A stretch of 64,000 bases of DNA from Felis catus (lineage: Eukaryota). The stretch spans positions 1,612,001-1,676,000 of the forward strand of contig NC_058368.1 of the NCBI RefSeq assembly GCF_018350175.1, written 5' to 3'. The position numbers and the translations under genes are program-made. The notes under the pieces were generated by a model. That model had not been told where the DNA came from. It worked only from the letters and a program-made list of their open reading frames with translations, and made no database searches. Position 1 is the stretch's first letter; each line of letters starts with the position of its first letter. Positions 1 to 12,845 of the stretch are shown in pieces.

Positions 1-530
1 TATTGAAGAAATAGAAAATATAATAAAGTTCCAAACAGAAGTCACAGGACGGAAGAATACAGTAGCTGAACTGAAAAAAATACCCTAGAGGGGTTCAACA
101 GTAGACTAGGTGAAGCAGAAGAAAGGATCAGTGAACTCAAAGACAAGGCAGGGGAACTTACCCAATCAGAGGAGCAAAAAGAAAACAAAACAAAAAAAGG
201 ATGAACAAAGAGTAAAGATAGTGTAAGGGACTCATGAGACAACACCAAGCAGGCTGCATTCCTATACATTAGAGGAATTCCAGAAGGAGAATAGAGAGGA
301 AGGGGAAGAAAACTGAAGAAATAATGGTTGAAAACTTCCTTACCTGAGGAAAGAAATGGACATTTAGATTCAGAAAGCCCAAAGAGTTCTAAATAAGAGG
401 AATCCAAAGAGACACACACCAAGACAAAATACAATTAAAATGCTAAAAGTTAAAGACAAGGAGAGAATCTTGAAAGTAGCAAGAGAAAAACTTGTTACAT
501 ACAAGTGAGCCCCCATAAGAATATCATCAA
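1..530 (+). mobile_element. Degenerate L1 ORF1 fragment
   Basis: A-rich L1 ORF1-like coding remnants (…AEERISELKDK…, …IRGIPEG…, …KVKDKERILKVAREK…) with stops. Confidence 0.75.
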
Positions 531-539
531 ATTTACATT

Positions 540-2517
540 GAAAACTAAAGAAAGCTTATGAAAAAAATTGAAGAAGTCACAAAAAAATGGAAGAATATTC
601 CATGCTCCTGGATACGAAGAACAAATATTGTTAAAATGTCAATACTACCCAAAGCAATCTACATATTCAATGCAATACCTATCAAAATAGCACCAGCATT
701 CTTCACAGAGCTAGAACAAACAATCCTAACATTTGTATGGAACCAGAAAAGACCCAAATAGCCAAAGCAATCTTGAAAAAGAAAACCAAAGTTGGAGACA
801 TCACAACTCCAGACTTCAAGCTGTATTACAAAGCTGTAATCATCAAGACAGTATGGTATAAAAACAGACACATCAATGGAACAGAATAGAGAACCCAGAA
901 ATGGACCCACAAACGTATGGCCAACTAATCTTTGACAAAGCAGGAAAGAATATCCAATGGAATAAAGACAGTCTCTTCAGCAAGTGGTGCTGGGAAAACT
1001 GGACAGCAACATGCAGAAGAATGAACCTGGACCACTTTCTTACACCATGCACAAAACTAAACTCAAAATGGATGAAAGGCCTAAATGTAAGACAGGAAGC
1101 CATCAAAATCCTCAAGGTGAAAGCAGGCAAAAACCTCTTTGACCTGGGCCACAGCAACTTCTCACTCGACACATCTCCAGAGGCAAGGGAAACAAGAGCA
1201 AAAATAAAAAATTGGGACCTCATCAAAATAAGCTTCTGCACAGGGAAGGAAACAATCAGCAAACCTAAAGACAACTGACAGAATGGGAGAAGATATTTGC
1301 AAACGACATAACAGATAAAGGGCTAGTATCCAAAATGTATAAAGAACTTCTATAAAGAACAGATGAAGGGCTAGTATCCAAAATTTATAAAGAACACCGA
1401 AAAACAAAAAATCCAGTGAAGAAACGGGCAAAAGACATGAATAGATACTCCTCCAAAGAAGATATCCAGATGGCCAACCAAAACATGAAAAAATGCTCCA
1501 CATCACTCATCATCAGGGAAATACAAATCAAAACCACAATGAGATACCACCTCACACCTGTCAGAATGGCTAACATTAACAACTTAGGCAATAGCAGATG
1601 ATGGCGAGGATGCGGAGAAAGAGGATCTCTTTTGCATTGTTGGCAGGAACGCAAGCTGGTGCAGCCACTCTGGAAAACAGTATGGAGGTTCCTCAAAAAA
1701 CTAAAAATAGAACTAACCTATGACCCAGCAATTGCACTACTAGGTATTTATCCAAGGGATACAGGTGTGCTGTTTCAAAGGGACACAGGAACCCCCATGT
1801 TTATAGCAGCACTATCAACAGTAGCCAAAGTATGGAAAGAGCCCAAATGTCCATCAACAGATGAATGGATAAAGAAGATGTGATATCAGATATATATGCC
1901 ATGGAGTATTACTCGGCAATCAAAAAGAATGAAATCTTGCCATTTGCAACTATGTGGATGGAACTGGAGGGTATTATGCTAAGCGAAATTAGTCAGAGAA
2001 AGACAAATACCATATGACTTCACTCATATGAGGACTTTAAGATACAAAACAGATGAACATAAGGGAAGGGAAGCAAAAATAATATAAAAACAGGGAGACA
2101 AGGGGCGCCTGGGTGGCGCAGTCGGTTAAGCGTCCGACTTCAGCCAGGTCACAATCTCGCGGTCCGTGAGTTCAAGCCCCGCGTCAGGCTCTGGGCTGAT
2201 GGCTCAGAGCCTGGAGCCTGTTTCTGATTCTGTGTCTCCCTCTCTCTCTGCCCCTCCCTCGTTCATGCTCTGTCTCTCTCTGTCCCAAAAATAAATAAAC
2301 GTTGAAAAAAAAATTTAAAAAAAAATAAATAAAAACAGGGAGACAAAATATGAGATACTCTTAAATATAGAGAACAAACAGAGGGTCATTGAAGGGTTGT
2401 GGGAGGTGGGATGGGCTATGGGTAAGGGGCATTAAGGAATCTACTTCTGAAATCATCGTTGCACTATATGCTAACTAGCTTGGATATAAAAAAAAAAGAA
2501 TTAAAAAAAAAAAAAGA
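540..2517 (+). mobile_element. 5'-truncated carnivore L1 (ORF2 C-terminus, 3' UTR, poly(A))
   Basis: ORF-track fragments [35 protein letters not shown]-rich 3' UTR and A-tail at ~2487-2517. Confidence 0.92.
2102..2328 (+). mobile_element. Young Can-SINE (SINEC_Fc-type) inside the L1 3' UTR
   Basis: GGGGCGCCTGGGTGGCGCAGTCGG head, CT-rich body, A-tail; TSD ATAAAAACAGGGAGACAA. Confidence 0.93.
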
Positions 2518-2814
2518 ATGTTCAGGTCCAGAAATTTTGAGTTGTCTGCAATTCCCTACAAGTAAAATTTTTTATTTGAATATTTTAAAAAACCTTTCAA
2601 TTTTCTTTTTATAGTTGAAAAAGCTAAGATGAAAATCAAATTTATTCTACACATCCATGGAGGATATGGAGGATGCCAAGAAATATAAGGCATGGCCCCC
2701 ATGTCCAGAAGCTTACAATGATACATTAGTATGATGATGATGGTGACGATGGTGATACCACCTGAGGGGTTGGAGGCAAAATGCAGACTTGATTTCTTTT
2801 AAAATGACAGCTGA

Positions 2815-3002
2815 GGGGGCACCTGGGTGGCTCAGTCGGTTAAGTGACTAACTTGGCTCAGGTCACGATCTCGCCGTTCACGGGTTTGAGCTGACAGCGC
2901 AGAGACTGTGTCTCCCTCTCTCTCTACTCCTCCCCCACTCACACTCTGTCCCTCTCTCTCAAAAATAAATAAACATTTAAAAAATAAAAAAAGTAATAGT
3001 AA
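2815..3002 (+). mobile_element. Can-SINE with internal deletion
   Basis: tRNA-derived head; TSD TAAAATGACAGCTG. Confidence 0.9.
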
Positions 3003-3186
3003 TAAAATGACAGCTGGGATTCCATAATCCTGGAACAGCAAGGACAACTGAGGCACCACTACCCTGAAACAAGCACTTCACACCCACAGTAAAGACTGCC
3101 TTCTGACAACACACAGAAATCTGCTTACATGACACTTAGCCAGTTAGCCTGGATATCTCCACGCCTCAGAGACTCTGCTTTCTTTT

Positions 3187-3379
3187 ACTTTTTTAATTTT
3201 TTAAAAATGTTTCTTTTTTCGTTTTGAGAGAGAGAGAGAGAGAGAGAGAGAATCCCAAGCAGTCCCTGCACTGTCAGCGCAGAGCCCAATACGGGGCTCA
3301 GTCTCACCAAACCTGAGATCATAACCTGAGCTGAAATCAAGAGCCAGACACCCAACCGACTGAGCCACCCAGGTGCCCC
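3187..3379 (-). mobile_element. Can-SINE
   Basis: Reverse-complement head ...CCACCCAGGTGCCCC, (GA)n tract, T-tail. Confidence 0.9.
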
Positions 3380-4920
3380 AAGACACTCTTCTTTCTTAAT
3401 AGACACCTAGTTCTCTGAGTCTCATCCTTGGAGCCACATCAGTGAACTCAATTATTAGGCTCTTGTGTGTTGTATACATCAAGAATTGTTGGCAGGCATG
3501 AGATTTTAGAGGTAGACTTAAAGCAGAAAGAATGACCCAAGACCAGAGAGAGAAAGAGAGAGAGAGACAGAGAGAGAGAGATTGATTTAAAAGGGAAAGC
3601 AGCAAAAGCAAACAAATGCTTTATACCAGCTGTATGAGTAGCATACTTGAGTGATATGCAGCCAGTGTTATTAATTTTATTTTTATGTGTGCCTTTGAGT
3701 TGGGTTGCTTTACCATTAGAAGGCCAAGAGCTTGCCTTTTTCATCCTTGGAAAGTCATCAGTCATGATAATGTTCAGTCATTATTTATTTGGCTGATCCC
3801 TCTTTGGCAAACAACATAGTACAAAATTAATGGTTGGACTTTAGTGAGCGCTCCCTAGTTATAAATTAGAGTCTCTTACTTGAACTGTGCTTTGTTCATG
3901 CTGCCATTTATGATACCCACACTCTCACATCCCCCAGTGCTACCATTAGTGTGGGCACAACTTGAAATACCTCATGCCTCCTTGTGTGTTACACATTAAT
4001 TTCAACTTGTTAATGACTGTAGGTTTTGTGTTGTGAATGGAATGGGACTCTTTCATTAGGGTAATTTATAATCCAACATCCATGTATTTTAGACAGATTG
4101 AAATTATTGGCAGGCTAAAGTTAATTCGTAACTTGCAAGTAAGAGATCTTACAGCTTTAAGCACAAAGTACGATAACTTCTGTTAAACTGTGAGTGTGGG
4201 GTCTGTCTACAATTTGTTATCCAAAGATCCTTCCAAAGGCCAAGATGATGACTTCTCCAGACCGGATTGGTGCCAGTTGGAAAAACAGTGTTTTTTTTGT
4301 TTTTTTTTTTTTTTTTATTAAGAAATATGAATCTTTTAAGTGGCTCTAAAAGGGGAGAGTACAATATATTTGATGTAGAATATGCAAATTAGGGCTATTC
4401 AGTCTTTCTTGCACTTTTCAACACAAAGTGAGCCCCTGAGAAACATCCAGGTAGGAGTATAAATTGGTGCTGTGTCATACAAACAGTAAAAGAAAAGAAG
4501 GTTGGAACTTCAGTGATCATATTTTCACAATATTGAGTGGTGATTATCCTCCCAATAAGTAGAAAAAGTATTATAACTGGTTTGTTATTTTAAAGATGAG
4601 AAAAAAATTTGTCACTCTGTATTTTCAAGCTAATTTGCTTTTCACTTTTAGGTAGAAAAGAATCATGATACTTTTAAATATGCAACAGACAATGACTGCA
4701 TTTCATGGTATTTTTCTGGGAAGCTTAGGGGGAAGGTTTTCACAGTGTCTAAATTACTTATTAGAGAAATCAAGTTGTGTCATACTGGGGTGGGAGCCCA
4801 GTGGTGAGCAGGACTTGGGTAAACTTTTACAAATAAGTAATAACTATAAAATTGTGCTGTGCGTACTCATAGTGGAAGGTCAACATACTCCAGGCATGCA
4901 CAGGACCTAACATGAGCTGG

Positions 4921-5312
4921 GTGTTACGGAGCGAGCTATGTCCCCTCAAATTCATATATTCAAGCCCTAACCCCTAGTGCTTTAGAATGTGACTGTATCT
5001 GGCTAAAGAGGTAAGTGGGTTAAAATGAAACCTTTAGGGTGGGTCTTAGTCTAATCTGACTGGTGTCCTTATAAGAAGAGATTAGGACCCACAGAGAGAG
5101 ACCAGGGGTCTCCCATGCACAGAGGGACATCCCTGTGAAGCCGCAGCCAGGGGCAGCCATCTGCAAAACAAGGACAGCAGCAGCAGGAACCAACCCTATG
5201 GGCACTTCGATCATGGACTTCCAGCCTCCAGAACCGTGAGAAAATCCATTTCTGTAGTTTAAACCACCCAGGTTGTGCTATTTTGTTCTTGCAGCCCTAG
5301 CAGACGAATACA
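4921..5312 (+). mobile_element. MaLR solo LTR (MLT1-like)
   Basis: Typical MLT1 motifs (CCCCTCAAATTCATAT...GGTGTCCTTATAAGAAGAG...GGACTTCCAGCCTCCAGAACCGTGAG...GCAGCCCTAGCAGACGAATACA). Confidence 0.8.
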
Positions 5313-5867
5313 CCAAGGATTAAGGAAGGCAGCCTGGAGGGAGGGGTGGCTAGGCTAAGAGGATGATAGGAAAGGCCCTTTTAGGAAAAGAAAAGGGGCC
5401 TAGAGGTAAGAGAGATCATGATACCTGCCAGTGTCTTGAAAGTCGTTAAGTATACCTGGGGCACAATGTGCAAGCGAGGAGGGCAAAAGAAGAAGTGTCA
5501 TGGACATTTGTCATTTAGGGCTGTCTAACATCTGAACACCCTTTCCATTTTACAAGAATCCCAAAATCGGCGGGAGGAAGCTTAAGGACAAAACATACCC
5601 TGTCTTTAAGCTCCCTGGAAGCCAGAACATGTACTGACCTCAACCTAGTCAGCTCATGTTCCCATCTGGGACTTTGACTCTGGATGGAGAAAAATGAAGG
5701 ACAGGACGGCTAGAAATTGCACACGGGGTCTGTGGTAGAAACTAGTGTCCAGTGGCAAGGAAGAAAGTGCCAGAAACAACAGAGTACAGCTCTGTGGCAG
5801 CAAGAGTTCAATGACAAGATGACAGCTATCAAGGCGAGGGCAGGTGATACCAGTAGCAGCAGACTCA

Positions 5868-5980
5868 GTAAGGTGACCAACTTTCCCAGGCTTGCCCGGG
5901 ACTTTCCTGGTTTTATAATTAAAAATCCCTCATCCTGGGAACTCCCTAATCCAGAGCAAACCAGGAGGGTTGATTTTGAC
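5868..5980. mobile_element. hAT-Blackjack MITE (MER81/MER94-like)
   Basis: GGTGACCAAC...GCTTGCCCGGGAC...GCAAACCAGGAGGGTTG, imperfect inverted ends. Confidence 0.55.
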
Positions 5981-7180
5981 TGTGACTTATTCCCTGTGAC
6001 TGTGTCTTATTCCCTGGGCTTCTTTTGTTTTTCCAAGCCTCATTTCTTAACCTCTCTGACAATTCTGCGAGTTGCCTGGTATCTTTCCAAAAAAATTCTT
6101 TTCTGCTTGTTAGCATGAATTGGTTTTTCTTGGCTGCAGCAAAGAATCCTGAGTACTCAGACTATGAAGGGCCTTATAAACAACGTTGTGAGTTTAGACT
6201 TTGTCCAGAGATCAAGGCAGAGTGGCGAGTGAGGACACCCAAATGTTCTAAGCAGGGAATCCTGTGATCAGATGGTCACTTAAGGATGATCGCTTTGGCT
6301 ACAGTGTGACAATACATTGAACGAGAGCAAGATGGAAGAGTAAAGAGGAAGCGGAGAGGAGAATTAGGAAGTTACGGTAACCAGACAGACAAGAGAAGAT
6401 GGCTGCCCAGACGCTCTAGGTGGTAGGGAGATGGAGACCGGGGGAATGCTGGAGAGAAATGTGGCAGGCCAGACAGAATTATTGATGGATGACACACAAC
6501 ACAGACCTTTGAGACAACTGACCTTGAGATCACGAGAGCATCAACCCAATGTCGAAAGCCAGACTGAACATACCCACCCTCCACCACCTTCCACGGAATA
6601 AATAATGTCCACAACGCTGGTGCTCATTTGCTGCTGTGCCAGCCACTGCCGATGACCTGAAACTGCCATCAACAGCTGACCATGAAGAAAGGGAACATGG
6701 CATTTCTTGCAGCTCCAGCGGAATTCTGTGAGGACTATGTGCCCAAGCCCTCCCAGAGAGGGTCTGGTCTACATCCATCCCCTCTCACATTCCTGTTTTC
6801 CTTGGGCCAGTCATTCCAGTCAGCAGCCATACCCTGGCCCACACTGTCCCCAAGTCCACTGGAATTTTCGTCCTGCGCTTGATAGTGTCCCCACATCTTA
6901 AAACTCTTTTCCCAGTGCTCTCCCGCCTCTCTGCTTTAATGGGGAAAACTGGCCGTCCTCTGAGGACCATGCTTCCTGTGAAGGCCCGTCAGGTCACTCT
7001 CTCACAGCTCAGGGATCTCAGAGTCAGAAAGTAGAGTTAGTAAGTAGCTTCTCCTTGCCTTCCCCACACTGCTTCCAGACCATCAGTTGCCCACCCTCTT
7101 GCAAACCTTCTGTGGCTGTGAATCTCAGGCCATACTTTTTTTCAAACCTCTTCCGACTTTCTCCTTCCTTTGCCTCTCCA

Positions 7181-7205
7181 CCCCCCCCCCCCCCCCCCCC
7201 CCCCC
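7181..7205. repeat. Poly(C)25 homopolymer
   Basis: Uninterrupted run of 25 C. Confidence 0.95.
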
Positions 7206-7879
7206 GCCGCCACTGGCTCAGTATATATACCTTATTCCAGTGACTTCAACTCTGGACTCCTAATCCCGGATGGCTTCCTCCCGATCACACCTATCATCGA
7301 ATCCTGGGCCTCGTTACCATCTCAACACTGCACTACTTCCAGAATGGCTTGCTCAGAAAGCCTACTCTCCAACCTGTTGCAATTGTTCCTCCAACCCCAT
7401 CAGCACTTCTGACCTGACTGCTCAACTTTTTTCTTATTCATTAGTTCCCTTCAGTTTGGTTCCCTTATTATTCGTATTCAATTTCACATCTACCATTATA
7501 ACTCGTTTTTCCCTCTGCCCTTTCTTTGCAACTGACTAATGAATTCCAACCCTGGATGAATCCTGCCATTGCCTTTTTCTATGTCTGTACTTAATGAAAA
7601 TCCAATGGAGAAAATGGGACTGGGAGAGTACCAGACAACAGGGTAGATGAGCATCAATACCAATTCATGATCATCAAGGTCGACAGAGCACACACACTTC
7701 CTAAGCAGTATTACTGTATTTCTCTAGTTAGTGTGTTCTCTTTTCTGCTCACTCTATACCTTCTCCCCTTTTTGCAAAAGTCCCAGTCCCCTTAGTCTCA
7801 GCTACCTCTCCTGCATCCTCAAACTCTTTCTACTGGATTATTTCCATTAGCAATCAGGCATGCTCTAGTATCTTCCATT

Positions 7880-7923
<44 letters not shown>

Positions 7924-8125
7924 ATGTTTATTTATTTTTGAGAGAGACAGAGACAGAATGAGAGTGGGTTAGGGGCAGAGAGAGAGGGAGACACAGAATC
8001 GGAAGCAGGCTCCAGGCTCTGAGCTGTCAGCACAGAGCCTGACGCGGGGCTTGAACTCACGAGCCGTGAGATCATGACCTGAGCCGAAGTTGGACGCTCA
8101 ACCAACTGAGTCACCCAGGTGCCCC
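7880..8125 (-). mobile_element. Can-SINE with (TTTA)n tail
   Basis: Imperfect TSD AGTAT(C/G)TTCCATTTTA; the tail has become a tetranucleotide microsatellite. Confidence 0.92.
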
Positions 8126-8229
8126 AAGTATGTTCCATTTTAAAAAACAAACCAACAAAAACTCTACTTGGCCTCCGAAACCCCTTGCCGTCCAGTACTG
8201 CCTTACCTCTCTCTTCCCATTCACAGTCA

Positions 8230-8950
8230 GGCTTCCTCAGTTTCAATAACCAGTCACTACTTTACCACCAGTGACCATTAAATTTGGCCCAGTCTTCTAT
8301 ACTACCATTCGCTGAAAGGGCTCTTGCTACATCAACAGTGACCTTCATACTGCCAGATACAACTGGCTTGATCTCTTATCAACATGGAACATCATTGTCC
8401 ATCCCTTCTTTTTGACTCAGTTTCTTTCTTAGCTTCTCTTGCTTTCATTTTCCCGGTTTTGCTTCAATGTGTCAGGACACTAACGAGAATCATTAGGGGA
8501 TCCTTTTCTATAAAACCATTAAATTGTAAGTTTCTAAGCCTAAGTTCTAGGCTCTCTTTTCTTGTCCCTCCACATGCTCCTCCCCAGTAACAACCTCACC
8601 CACTCCCAGGCTTCAAATCCATCAATTTTGGGAGGCTGTGAATACCACATGTATACCTCCAGATGGAATCTCTTCTCTGAGCTTTATGTCTATATATACA
8701 CTTGCCCACTCAAACACCTCTATTTGCACATTTTACAGATATCTGAAACTCAACATGTTCATGTTCAAAATTAATTTCCTTTCTCAAATTTGCTTCTCCC
8801 CTAGTGTTCTCCACATTAATAAGTGGCACTGGCTTTTCCCCTGTTGCTTATGCCGAACATAAGATTCATGCTTGTTGTTCTCATTCACCCCTGCCTCTAT
8901 ATGTGATTCATTACAAGCCCTGGCAATTCATTCAATAAATATTATCGACA
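8230..8950 (+). mobile_element. Old L2 fragment
   Basis: Pyrimidine-rich L2-like motifs (CAGTGACCTTCATACTGCCA..., ATCTGAAACTCAACATGTTC...). Confidence 0.55.
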
Positions 8951-9787
8951 GCCAACTACTTTCAGGCACTTCCCTGGGCACTAGGGTATAGTCTACAACA
9001 AAAAAGACAAAATCTCTGTCCTCTGGAGCTTTGAGATATACAAGCTACGTGACCCTAACATTTTGTCTGGCAATATAGGTGTACGTGCAATAAGTACACG
9101 TGCAATAATGAACGAGATGATTGACCACTCTCTGGGTAAGTAACTGTATCATGCTTAAAGAGCAGCCAAATATAAAGGAACTTGAATTTGTTTCCAATAG
9201 GTTGTGTGTGTGTGTGTGTGGGAAGGCTAGAAATGTATAGCCTGGAGACCTAAAGAGATAACAAAAATTGTCTTATATACAACAACTTGAGCAAAGGGTT
9301 ATACAGTGTTCACTAATTAATTCAACAAATATATAATAAACATATGCTTTAAGCTAAACATTGCAGCTTGATGAAAAATTGTGTAAGAGTTTACCCTCTT
9401 TCCAGGCTAACAAGCTAACACAGCTTCCTAAGTGCTGGCAGAAAGTACTGGGATCAGAGACAGAGGACTTTGATTATTCACAGCACAGCAAGCAGCCTGA
9501 GCTTCGTATTCTCTTCAGTTCTCCTTGCCTCCCAGGTCCCGTGATGGTAGTCCAGGCGGGTGCTGCACATGCGATGGGTTTGTATCACTGCTGAGGAAGC
9601 CTGAGCTTAGGAAACTTCAGTCTTTCATCATGGACTTCAGGCCAAAGTGTCTAGGCTTTGCCTCAGAGGGCGACATTAAATCTTCAATATACTTGACAGC
9701 AACAAATCTGGCTTTGGCATTGGAGGGAGACGGTCATCTCATTCTTCCAAAGCTGTTTCCTTTACAAATATCCTTGAAGAAATAGTT

Positions 9788-10177
9788 CTATTGGTCAGAG
9801 TGCTCCACAGAAAGAGAACCCAAAGAATGCATATATAAAGACTTATTTTAAGGAATTGACTTCTGTAATCGTGGGACTGACAAGTCCAAAATCTGCGGGG
9901 CAGGCCAAAACGCTGCAGACCTAGGGAAGAGATGATGTGGCAGCTGGGGTCTGAAGGCATTCCAGAGGCAGAATTCCCTCGTCCTCCAGGGACCTCAGTC
10001 TTCTCTTGAGTCTGCCAACGGATTAGGTGAGGCCCACCTGCATTTCAGAGGGTAATCTGCTGTATCCAAAGTCTAGTACATCTTAAAAAATCCTCACTGC
10101 AACACCTCCACTGCTGTTTGACAAAAAAACTAGGTACTACGGACTAGTCCAGTTGACTCATTAAATTAACCGCCACA
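9788..10177 (-). mobile_element. ERVL solo LTR (MLT2-like)
   Basis: TTATTTTAAGGAATTG...AAGTCCAAAATCTGC...GTTGACTCATTAAATTAACCGCCACA. Confidence 0.75.
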
Positions 10178-10699
10178 GTAGTCCAGAGATGATCATTAAA
10201 AAATTGTCTCCCAACGTATACTTAATGTTTGAAATTCATTAATTACAGTGTCTACATTTCCCCTGCATGATCCCCATTAATCTTCAAAATTTAAAACTAA
10301 TGATATTAAACAATTATGAATTTCTCATTCATACTGTGCCTTATTAAATTTTACTACGAACCTGGTTCTGGGTAGTTGGGACACAGAGTTTCAGTTCTTA
10401 CCCTTTAAGGCACTCATCAGACAAGAGTACATTAAGAGCTTGGATAAGGTGTGCACAGCACGCTGTGGGAACACCTAATGCGGACATCAGGAAGGAGAAA
10501 AGGAAGGAGCCGAGGCCTCGAAGACAGGCATCTGATCTGAGTCACTTCACAGGGTGACCAAAGGGAGCCCATGATGACACGGAACACTGGCTTCCGAGCT
10601 CACAACATCTGCGTGGTGGCTCCAGCAGATATTTTATAATAACCTCGTCTCATCCCTGGGTAATCCTTCCGGCTGATTTCATCAGGCTTTACAGACTGT

Positions 10700-11420
10700 G
10701 GACTTCTTTCCTCCCAAGTACTCCAAGCAGAGGCGGCGCAACGGAGGCCCCCTCCTACCCCTTCCACGCCCGCTGCCCGCGCCTCTACCCGCGTCCGGCT
10801 CCCGGCGGCCACGCCCCTTTCCGCCCCCGCCCCTCCTCGCTCCTCTCCGGTTCCGCCCCCTCCTCCTCCTCCCCCGCCCTGGCGCGGAGGATTGTGGGAG
10901 CCGCTTCCTTGGATTCCGCGCGTGGCAACGGCTTGGCGCCGAGCTCTGGCCTACGCGGCTTAGTAGGTTGTCGAGAAAGCCGCGTCGTCCCCGCTAGACT
11001 CGCGGCCGCCCCGCTCCCCCTCACCGCGAGGTAGGAGAAGGGCCTCGGGACTAAGAGCGCCAGGGGCCGGCGCGGGCGGCGAGGCGCGGGGCCCGCGGCG
11101 GGCGGCTGTCCCGAGGCCGGCCCCTCGCGGCACGCCCCCGCGCGGGTCACCGCGCGCGGCGCGGGGAGGGGGCTTCGTTTGCGGAGGGGCTCTGCCCCGC
11201 CCACCGGCTCTTCCTCCCGTCCCGGCCAGTCCAGGCCTTTGCAGGCCCCGCAGAAACGCGGCGGTCGGTTCGCGGACGTGGATTCCCGTGGCGGGCGAGC
11301 TTGTGTTGCCCCCCTTAGCGGGGCGGGGCAGTGCCGCCCCGCGCCGGATGGCTGTCCCGAACCGCAGTCCCACGGCAGCCGGGAGATTCGAACCCAGATT
11401 AGACCTGGCTACTAGCTGTT
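10700..11420 (+). promoter_or_regulatory. IFT88: CpG-island promoter of IFT88
   Basis: Only strongly GC/CpG-rich stretch in the window. Several GC boxes (CCGCCC) at ~10770-10880, a ZNF143-like GGATTGTGGGA at 10889-10899 and an RFX half-site GGCAAC at 10924-10929. Lies ~6 kb upstream of the IFT88 ATG exon. Confidence 0.85.
10880..11030 (+). other. IFT88: Probable non-coding exon 1 (5' UTR) of IFT88; TSS approximate
   Basis: Donor-like GAG|GTAGGA at 11030/11031 inside the CpG island, no ATG in this segment, and the ATG exon has its own acceptor at 16786/16787. Confidence 0.6.
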
Positions 11421-11453
11421 GAGTTTCATAGCGGATGACACCGCGAACGTTCC

Positions 11454-11488
11454 TGTGTGTGTGTGCGTGTGTGTGTGTGTGTGTGTGT
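11454..11488. repeat. (GT)n microsatellite at the 3' edge of the CpG island
   Basis: About 17 TG units with one interruption. Confidence 0.9.
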
Positions 11489-12121
11489 TGTGCAAAGCTT
11501 TTGAGATTTTCTCATGCAAGGTTTAATTCGTGAAATAATAACACACCAGAAGGCGTAAACCTGTACTCAGTCGCACAAAGATGAAACAGAATTCCAGAGA
11601 CTTGAAGGATTGTTTTTCCAAGATTCTTTCTAGAGCTAAAATTCCACTTTTCCTTTTACCGGGTGGATTTTCTGGTTGTGAGCTTTTGCGGAACTACAGC
11701 AGGCATCTTGGATGTAGACTGTTCGGCATAGTCAATAGAAGAGCATCATAAAAAAAATAACTTCAACATTAAAAAAAAGGGGTGTTACTGGCATTTAATG
11801 TGTATCCCCAGATTGTTTCAACACGAATAGCTTGTTACGTGTGCACACTGCTTTTGAAAACCCTAAATTGTATTTGTTCTGCCACCCCCAGCTATATCAC
11901 CTATGGGTGCTTCACTTCATCTTTCCTGGCCTCACTTTCTACATCTTCAGAATTAATTTGCTCAATCGAGGTCTGTTCAGCAAAAGTCTCAGATGTAAAC
12001 CAATTCCAGTGTGGTTGCAACCCAGCAAGAAGGATATCTGCTTCTGAAAGTTGCTTGTTTTCATGACATGCATGTAAGCTGAACTGACCTAAATAGGGCT
12101 CATAATCAGCCCTCCTTTAGC

Positions 12122-12318
12122 GTAGTAGTCCTCAGAACAGCGTCATCAGCAGCACTTGGGAACTTGCTGGAAATGCACATCGCCAGGGATAAAGGCCGTG
12201 GTGATGACTCCCACCCAGGACTTAAGGAATCTCAAACTCTGCTGGTGGGGGAGTAACAATGTGTATTTTAACAAGCCCCTAGGTTTGTCATGCATGTTAA
12301 AGTTGGAGAACCACTGGT
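12122..12318. mobile_element. hAT-Charlie MITE (MER5A-like)
   Basis: CATCAGCAGCACTTGGGAACTTGCTGGAAATGCA...TGTATTTTAACAAGCCC...AAAGTTGGAGAACCACTG. Confidence 0.75.
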
Positions 12319-12379
12319 TTAGCATTATCTAGTTAAAATATTTTCTATATCTTATACCAGTGACTTTTATTTAAAAAAA

Positions 12380-12686
12380 TTTTTTAAGTGTGTGTTTTTT
12401 TTTAAACTTTATTTATTTTGAAAGAGAGAGAGAGTGAGGGCGGGGTAGAGAGAGAGGGAGAGGAAGAATCCACACTGTCACTGTCGGCGCTGAACCCCAA
12501 GATGATGATTTGAGCGGAAATCCAAGAGTTGGAAACTTAACCAACTAAGCCACCCATGCACCCCTATTTTTAAAACTTTTATTTACTGAAGTATAGTCAA
12601 CATACATATTATATTAAAAAATTTTTTTTAATGTTTATTTTTGAGAGAAAGGGAGAGGGAGAGAGAGCACACATAAGCGGGGGAGG

Positions 12687-12726
<40 letters not shown>

Positions 12727-12845
12727 ATCTGAAGCAGGCTCCAGGTTCTGAGCTGTCAGCATAGAGACTCGAAATCACAGACTGTGCAAGATCATGACCT
12801 GGGCTGAAATCCGACGCCCAGCCAGCTGAACCACCCAGGCGCCCC
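12380..12845 (-). mobile_element. Two antisense Can-SINEs (~12380-12565 and ~12620-12845)
   Basis: Two reverse-complement heads, (GA)n tracts and T-tails. Confidence 0.85.

Noticed and set aside
10600..11415. Several 70-139 aa ORFs on both strands over the CpG island
   Set aside because: GC-rich low-complexity translations (Pro/Arg/Ala/Gly) expected from stop-codon scarcity; mostly non-ATG starts and no recognisable protein.
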